A stretch of 11,843 nucleotides of DNA. It comes from Nitrospinota bacterium. Its GTDB lineage: Bacteria; UBA8248. Each line of letters opens with the position of its first letter. The first letter of the stretch is position 1. This document shows positions 1 to 4,620 of this stretch, in pieces. The notes beneath the pieces are model-generated. The model was not told the origin of the DNA and did not search any database. It worked only from the letters and a program-made list of their open reading frames with translations. The stretch is taken from assembly GCA_036231405.1 (NCBI GenBank), contig JAZAHK010000024.1, positions 1 through 11,843 of the forward strand. The letters run 5' to 3'. Both the position numbers and the translations under genes were made by a program.

Positions 1-393
1 AAAGGGGTACTCAAAGACTACAAAGAAGCAGTCAAGTGGTACACAAAAGCAGCGAACCAGGGATACGCAAGTGCGCAGTACAATCTGGGTTGGATGTATG
101 CAAAAGGATATGGCGTACTCAAAGACTACAAAGAAGCAGTCAAGTGGTACACAAAAGCAGCGAATCAGGGAGTCGCAAAAGTGCAGTCCAATCTGGGTTG
201 GATGTATGAAAGAGGAATAGGCGTTATCAAAGACAAAGTACAGGCACACATGTGGTACAACCTCGCAAGCATTAGCGGAAAAAGTAAATACGCAACTCAA
301 AACAGGGACATTATTGAGAAGGAGATGTCTCGTGCAGAGATACAGGAAGCAAACCGTCTTGCAAGAGAGTGGTTAAGAAAGCATCAAAAGTAA
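1..393 (+). CDS. Sel1-like repeat (SLR) protein, 5'-truncated by the window edge
   Basis: Frame +1 is open from base 1 (KGVLKDYKEAVKWYTKAANQGYASAQYNLGWMYAKG...), so the ATG at 94 is internal. It has 36-aa Sel1 units (AQxNLGxMYxxGxGVxKDxxEAxKWYxKAAxQG) and the usual C-terminal capping segment (QAHMWYNLA...MSRAEIQEANRLAREW). Stop TAA at 391-393. Confidence 0.93.
   Translation, partial: KGVLKDYKEAVKWYTKAANQGYASAQYNLGWMYAKGYGVLKDYKEAVKWYTKAANQGVAKVQSNLGWMYERGIGVIKDKVQAHMWYNLASISGKSKYATQNRDIIEKEMSRAEIQEANRLAREWLRKHQK
4..237 (+). repeat. Tandem 108-bp Sel1 coding units in gene 1 (unit starts 4, 112; degenerate unit at 220)
   Basis: GG(G/C)GTACTCAAAGAC recurs at 4 and 112; GGCGTTATCAAAGAC occurs at 220. 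The period is exactly 108 bp. Confidence 0.95.
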
Positions 394-395
394 TG

Positions 396-438
396 CACTC
401 TGCACGCACTTTGCACTCGTGCGGAACGGTGCAATAAA
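396..438. repeat. 43-bp post-gene hairpin repeat, copy 1
   Basis: CACTCTGCACGCACTTTGCACTCGTGCGGAACGGTGCAATAAA, 42/43 identical to 1621-1663. It starts 2 bp after the stop codon of gene 1. Confidence 0.95.
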
Positions 439-441
439 GTC

Positions 442-450
442 TGCTACAAT
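442..450 (+). promoter_or_regulatory. Putative extended -10 promoter element (TGcTACAAT) for SLR gene 2
   Basis: TG-n-TACAAT lies about 32 bp upstream of ATG 483, with an RBS-like AAGGA at 470-474. There is no good -35 hexamer. Confidence 0.4.
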
Positions 451-482
451 ATAGAAAAATCATTTCACAAAGGATTCCCACC

Positions 483-1613
483 ATGCACTCTTTGAGACCG
501 TGTTTGACTGTGTTCGTCATTGTGTTCGCACTGTGCATCGGTGCAACACAGAGTGCGGAAGGAGGATTTAGAGAAGGATTGGCAGCAGCAAGAAGAGGCG
601 ACTTTGCAACTGCACTCAGAGAGTACCGACCACTCGCAGAAAGAGGAAATAAATTTGCACAGTTCAATCTGGGTGTGATGTACTTCAAAGGAGATGGCGT
701 ACTCAAAGACGACAAAGAAGCAGTCAAGTGGTACAGAAAAGCAGCAAATCAGGGATTCGCAAAAGCGCAGTACATGATGGGTCAGATGTATCGAAGAGGA
801 GAAGGCGTACTCAAAGACATTAAAGAAGCAGCGAAGTGGTACAGAAAAGCAGCGAATCAGGGATACGCAAGGGCGCAGAACAATCTGGGTTATATGTATG
901 AAACCGGATATGGGGTACTCAAAGACAACAAAGAAGCATTCAAGTGGTACACAAAAGCAGCGAATCAGGGATACGCAAGGGCGCAGTACAATCTGAGGAA
1001 ATTAAAAAGCAAGAAAAAAACTGTCTCTTCCAGAACCAGAACCAGCACAAGAACAAATAATTCAACTATTGATGGATATAAAGAAATTAAATTTGGAATG
1101 ACTTTACAGGAAATTAATAATCTTGGGGTTTGTAGTAAGACTTTGAATATCGTTCATATAAGAAATATGAATATGTGTTATTCAATCATAGGTCAAAAAC
1201 GAGAGTTTATCTTTGGGTTTGTAAAAGGAAACAGAGGACTCAAGATGATCACAATCAATTTTGGACGATATGTTCCAAGTCTCCATAATCAAATACGTCG
1301 TATACTCGATCAGAAGTACAAGAAATACTACAGAGGAACGAAAACTGACAGTGACAGATTTCGTTCTGGACAACTACAAGTTTTTAAAGATGCTTGGGAG
1401 AACGGACAAGTTGTTTTAACAATTAAAAGAGTATCCTATTTTACGGAAAAAAGTGTTTTTAAAGGTTGGAATAGTACTGGGGGAAAAAATTATGGAACGC
1501 AAACCGGTACTGCTACAGTCATACAAACACGTCTTATTTACGCGGACAAAGAAATGGCAGGAATCTTTCGTAAAATAATCAGTCAAGAATCAATTAAGAA
1601 GAGTGACTTTTAG
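483..1613 (+). CDS. Exported Sel1-like repeat protein fused to an uncharacterised C-terminal domain
   Basis: AAGGA RBS; hydrophobic signal-peptide-like N-terminus (LTVFVIVFALCIGATQSA); SLR N-cap (GLAAARRGDFATALREYRPLAERG); three full Sel1 units plus a truncated fourth ending at 995; K/S/T/R linker; then about 180 aa beginning IDGYKEIKFGMTLQEI with no family I can name. Confidence 0.92.
   Translation: MHSLRPCLTVFVIVFALCIGATQSAEGGFREGLAAARRGDFATALREYRPLAERGNKFAQFNLGVMYFKGDGVLKDDKEAVKWYRKAANQGFAKAQYMMGQMYRRGEGVLKDIKEAAKWYRKAANQGYARAQNNLGYMYETGYGVLKDNKEAFKWYTKAANQGYARAQYNLRKLKSKKKTVSSRTRTSTRTNNSTIDGYKEIKFGMTLQEINNLGVCSKTLNIVHIRNMNMCYSIIGQKREFIFGFVKGNRGLKMITINFGRYVPSLHNQIRRILDQKYKKYYRGTKTDSDRFRSGQLQVFKDAWENGQVVLTIKRVSYFTEKSVFKGWNSTGGKNYGTQTGTATVIQTRLIYADKEMAGIFRKIISQESIKKSDF
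660..995 (+). repeat. Tandem 108-bp Sel1 coding units in gene 2 (GGxGTACTC at 696, 804, 912)
   Basis: Exact 108-bp period with the same nucleotide framework as the gene 1 units. Similarity ends abruptly after AATCTG at 995. Confidence 0.95.
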
Positions 1614-1620
1614 AGTGTGA

Positions 1621-1663
1621 CACTCTGCACGCACTCTGCACTCGTGCGGAACGGTGCAATAAA
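1621..1663. repeat. 43-bp post-gene hairpin repeat, copy 2
   Basis: One mismatch to 396-438 (T411 vs C1636). It starts 7 bp after the stop codon of gene 2. Confidence 0.95.
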
Positions 1664-1685
1664 AAAATCTGTAAAAAGTCGTAAG

Positions 1686-1832
1686 AAATGTTGTAGTGTT
1701 TCCAAATCAAATCGTGTTAGAAAAACAAATATTTTTATGTTAGATTTCACTTCTTAAATGGTGGTGAACTTACAAACCAACGATACGAATAGTGGTGAAC
1801 AAAGTGGTGAACACGTCATTTAAAAAAACAAT
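1686..1832. repeat. 147-bp non-coding direct repeat, copy 1
   Basis: Ungapped match to 2763-2909 (offset 1077) with 6 mismatches (141/147). Contains GTGGTGAAC at 1761, 1792 and 1804. Confidence 0.97.
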
Positions 1833-1865
1833 GGTGGTGAACAAGTGGTGAACTTGCCACCATTG
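1761..1865 (+). repeat. Cluster of five GTGGTGAAC 9-mers plus a 9-bp inverted repeat; candidate recombinase arm-type sites
   Basis: Exact 9-mer at 1761, 1792, 1804, 1834 and 1845. CAATGGTGG (1829-1837) is inverted at CCACCATTG (1857-1865). The repeats are observed; the function is inferred. Confidence 0.6.
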
Positions 1866-1881
1866 AAAAAGTTATGTAGCG

Positions 1882-1919
1882 TCCTCTATAGATATTATTT
1901 TTCTATAGAGGATTTTTTT
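1882..1919 (+). terminator. Intrinsic terminator-like hairpin
   Basis: Perfect 11-bp stem TCCTCTATAGA (1882-1892) / TCTATAGAGGA (1902-1912) with a 9-nt loop, followed by T7 (1913-1919) on the + strand. It also lies directly downstream of the minus-strand ORF ending at 1918. Confidence 0.65.
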
Positions 1920-2124
1920 ATGCCAAGAGACCAGAAAATAGAAAAGTATCACACTTTATTTGATGGATAATTTCTTTCAGCATATGGAGATATCCTGCAG
2001 GAAGGTCTCTTTTTTTAATTCTATATTTTCTTACGCTATCCTGAACTTCCCAGAGTTTAGAATACAGTTCTTTGTTTACCTTTTTGAGATTTTTGTTTTC
2101 TACGATATTAGTTGTAGCGAACAA
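1918..2124 (-). CDS. Small hypothetical protein or gene remnant
   Basis: 68-aa ORF co-oriented with, and 24 bp downstream of, the 163-aa gene. TTG start; ends at the hairpin; no recognisable motif. Confidence 0.4.
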   Translation of the reverse strand: MFATTNIVENKNLKKVNKELYSKLWEVQDSVRKYRIKKRDLPAGYLHMLKEIIHQIKCDTFLFSGLLA

Positions 2125-2148
2125 AAAAATGAGAAAAAAATCCTATTT

Positions 2149-2640
2149 TTAATATTTGACTATCCTCTCAGAAAAATGGTGGACAAACTTTTCCATGATT
2201 TGGTCTGATTTTTTGAAATCATCGACTATAGAAAGATTTAGATACTTTAGGATACCTCCTTTGTTTGAAAATAAATTGAGAGTAATTTCTTTTAGATTTT
2301 TACTGCTTGTGTTTCCCTCTTTGAATACTTCCATTACGAGGGCACGAATTGGCAAATGTGAGGTATGTGCAACTAAGAAAGTCCAAATTTTATTATTTTT
2401 ATTACTTTCTTTGAACTCCAATGCATAAACCCACATTTTTGCGACTGTAGGGTCACGCTTATTTTTATTATTACTTAAAGTTAAATTGTCATATCTCTTT
2501 ATTAAGTTAGAAATTTTCTTCTCTAATTTTTCTTTTTTTTCTGGATTTTGGCACATAATTTTAAATTTTACTGGATATGGTTCAGCAAATACTAAAGTTG
2601 AAAAACTTAACAATAAAATAATAAAAACGAATTTTTTCAT
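2149..2640 (-). CDS. Hypothetical secreted protein
   Basis: GGAG RBS upstream on the minus strand and a classic Sec signal peptide (MKKFVFIILLLSFSTLVFA|EP). Lys/Asn-rich and AT-rich; no recognised family. Confidence 0.8.
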   Translation of the reverse strand: MKKFVFIILLLSFSTLVFAEPYPVKFKIMCQNPEKKEKLEKKISNLIKRYDNLTLSNNKNKRDPTVAKMWVYALEFKESNKNNKIWTFLVAHTSHLPIRALVMEVFKEGNTSSKNLKEITLNLFSNKGGILKYLNLSIVDDFKKSDQIMEKFVHHFSERIVKY

Positions 2641-2762
2641 TTTTGAGTCTCCGTTTAAAAGGACGGTATAAGAAAGTATAATTTTTTGAAATGAATAAAA
2701 TCTGAAATCTTTTTGATTGTTATGTGAAGACCCTCAAATTTTATGCTAGGTTTCCGTTGTTA

Positions 2763-2909
2763 AAATGTTGTAGTGTTTCCAAATCAAATCCTGTTAGAAA
2801 AACAAATATTTTTATGTTAGATTTCACTTCTTAAATGGTGGTGAACTCACAAACCCACGATACGAAAAGTGGTGAACAAAGTGGTGAACATATCATTTAA
2901 AAAAACAAT
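2763..2909. repeat. 147-bp non-coding direct repeat, copy 2, immediately upstream of tRNA-Leu
   Basis: 141/147 identical to 1686-1832. GTGGTGAAC at 2838, 2869 and 2881. Confidence 0.97.
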
Positions 2910-2942
2910 AGAATCGTCTGAAACGTCTATTCTATGCGAAGT

Positions 2943-3028
2943 GCCCGGGTGGTGAAATGGTAGACACACAGGACTTAAAATCCTGCGAGGGCGACCTCGT
3001 GCCAGTTCGACTCTGGCTCCGGGCACCA
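2943..3028 (+). tRNA. tRNA-Leu (anticodon TAA)
   Basis: Acceptor stem GCCCGGG/TCCGGGC; D-arm GTGAAATGGTAGACAC; anticodon stem CAGGA/TCCTG with loop CT-TAA-AA (TAA at 2976-2978); long variable arm CGAGG-GCGA-CCTCG; T-arm GCCAG-TTCGACT-CTGGC; discriminator A and encoded CCA (3026-3028). Confidence 0.98.
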
Positions 3029-3059
3029 AGCTACATTATTTTTCCTGGAGATATTTGAC

Positions 3060-4049
3060 ATGACTTCCCCTGGGATCATTACAAAAGATTATTTAATAGA
3101 CTCGCTTGATTCCGATATTAAATTGCATGTCCGAGAAAAACGTCCAAAGGGAAAAAAGAAATTTTCACATTCAGAAACCTTGTTGATGTGTCATGGCAGG
3201 ATAGGGGCAGGTCCGATTGCATTTGATTTGCCGGTTCCTGGATATTCTTGGATGGATTACCATGCAGGAAAGGGTATGAACGTATTCACCCTTTCTGTTC
3301 GTGGTTTTGGTTTTTCTTCTCGACCAAAAGAATTTCTAGAGGATCCTTCTAAAAATCCTCCCGCGATAAGAGGGAAGACGGCGATAAAAGATATTGCATC
3401 GGTTGTAAATTTCATTTGTAAAAAGAACAAGAAAAGGAGAATAAGTCTTCTTGGACGTTCATGGGGGACAACACTTTCTGCTGCGTTTGCTGCATCGAAT
3501 CAGGGTAAAGTACATAGGTTGGTGCTGTATGCTCCTTACTATACGTATGAGAATCGGGAAAGAGCTGCTTCATTTGAGAATCCTAAGTTTCCAGGAAAAT
3601 GGGATGCTAGGAGAGGTGCATGGAGTTGGTGTACCGAAAAAGATTTAAAGGATAGATGGTGGGGACACATTCCTGGCAAGAAACATTTTCGATGGAGGGA
3701 CAAAAAAATTGTGAAGACGTATTTTGAAGAGATGTTCAAAACGGAGACTGAACAACATCCTCGTAATGTACCTGCAGTCCGAATTTCTAATGGATCCTTA
3801 CTAGACGCTTATAACCGGGTTTCAAACAAACCACTCTATAACGCTTCGAAAGTTACATGTCCTGTTCTTTTGATTTATGGAGATTATGATGGAGCGGCTA
3901 ACCACGAAGAGGCGTGGGGACTTTTCGAAAAATTAAAGAATAGTAAAGGAAGGGAATATATAGTTTTTAGTGAAGGCACTCACTATATGGAACTTGAGCA
4001 TAGGCGAGAAGAATTCCTCTCCACTATTCACAATTTTTTAATTTCCTAG
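3060..4049 (+). CDS. Alpha/beta fold hydrolase
   Basis: GGAG RBS at 3047-3050; HG oxyanion motif (LMCHG); RGFGFS; nucleophile elbow GRSWG; acid residue in PVLLIYGDYD; His in EGTHY. Confidence 0.9.
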   Translation: MTSPGIITKDYLIDSLDSDIKLHVREKRPKGKKKFSHSETLLMCHGRIGAGPIAFDLPVPGYSWMDYHAGKGMNVFTLSVRGFGFSSRPKEFLEDPSKNPPAIRGKTAIKDIASVVNFICKKNKKRRISLLGRSWGTTLSAAFAASNQGKVHRLVLYAPYYTYENRERAASFENPKFPGKWDARRGAWSWCTEKDLKDRWWGHIPGKKHFRWRDKKIVKTYFEEMFKTETEQHPRNVPAVRISNGSLLDAYNRVSNKPLYNASKVTCPVLLIYGDYDGAANHEEAWGLFEKLKNSKGREYIVFSEGTHYMELEHRREEFLSTIHNFLIS

Positions 4050-4067
4050 TTTTGTTGATTTCCTCTT

Positions 4068-4496
4068 TTACTCGTCAATGACAGCGGTAACAGTAACCTC
4101 CAGAAGGAGTTTGGGGTGAGCTGCTAATCTCTGTATTTGGACGGTGGTAGTAGCAGGTCTATTGTCCCCAAATGTTTCTTCCCAAATCCTGTTCAATACG
4201 TCTTGGTCATCTATATTTTTCAGATATCTATCTGCCGATACTACGTCCTTTATTGAAGCACCTGCTGTTTCTAAACTTTTCTTGATTTTGTTTAAAACCC
4301 CATGGGTCTGCCCTTCCATATCATCAGGTATTGATTCAAACTCTTCTGGTAGGTGTGGATGATGGTGGTACATGGGGGCTGCTGTCGTTCCTGCTAGATA
4401 TATTGTCGTGCCTCCGCTAACTTTTACAATAGGGATAAAGGGTGCCCAGATATCGGGAGCATCTTTCCAGTGAAGCCTCTCTATAGTACTTGTCAT
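4068..4496 (-). CDS. Rid (YjgF/YER057c/UK114) family protein
   Basis: Motifs IYLAG, EGQT...L..I...LETAGASIKDVV, and LN..W...FG..RPATTTVQIQRL...LLEV...AV. AAGGAG RBS upstream on the minus strand. Confidence 0.9.
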   Translation of the reverse strand: MTSTIERLHWKDAPDIWAPFIPIVKVSGGTTIYLAGTTAAPMYHHHPHLPEEFESIPDDMEGQTHGVLNKIKKSLETAGASIKDVVSADRYLKNIDDQDVLNRIWEETFGDNRPATTTVQIQRLAAHPKLLLEVTVTAVIDE

Positions 4497-4560
4497 TGTT
4501 TTCTCCTTGAAAAATTTTCATTCTACGGGGAACTTTCCTCAAACATTTTTTATCTGTTAG

Positions 4561-4588
4561 TATCAAGTGATATTCATAATACTATAAT
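4561..4588 (+). promoter_or_regulatory. Putative sigma70 -10 (TATAAT 4583-4588) with a palindrome TATCA-AG-TGATA (4561-4572) over the -35 region
   Basis: Located in the divergent intergenic region 4497-4620. Perfect -10 hexamer 32 bp before ATG 4621; RBS GGAGG at 4612-4616. Confidence 0.45.
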
Positions 4589-4620
4589 TTACTGTTTTTG
4601 TATTATTCTCCGGAGGTAAA

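Noticed and set aside
396-438. Canonical integron attC site
   Set aside because: It lacks the RYYYAAC and GTTRRRY core boxes on either strand and is shorter than typical attC sites. It is retained only as an attC-analogous hypothesis.
311-727. 138-aa minus-strand ORF, and likewise the ORFs at 1182, 3451, 3539, 4144, 4781, 7952, 8789, 9065, 9579, 10413, 10818 and 11396
   Set aside because: They overlap well-supported genes in antisense or alternative frames and show no recognisable motifs.
4-995. Diversity-generating retroelement target: several variable Sel1 codons are NNC, as if derived from AAC, and a hairpin follows the gene
   Set aside because: Many adenine-rich codons (AAA, GAA, GCA, AAG) are invariant across units, and some changes cannot be explained by an AAC template (ATT, GCG). 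No template repeat or reverse transcriptase is present in the window. It is not formally excluded without the flanking sequence.
1704-1733. IHF binding sites (WATCAANNNNTTR) in the 147-bp repeat
   Set aside because: Only partial matches (AATCAAATCGTGT, AAACAAATATTTT) in AT-rich DNA, not distinguishable from chance.
1761-1853. CRISPR array from the GTGGTGAAC repeats
   Set aside because: The repeats are only 9 bp with irregular 2-22-bp gaps, and there are no cas genes.
1960-2671. Plus-strand Phe/Ile-rich ORFs at 1960-2208, 2156-2428 and 2486-2671
   Set aside because: They are shadows of the Lys/Asn-rich minus-strand genes. The minus-strand 163-aa ORF has the RBS and signal peptide.
2847-3029. 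60-aa minus-strand ORF (MVPGARVELAR...)
   Set aside because: It is the antisense shadow of the tRNA-Leu gene and the upstream repeat.
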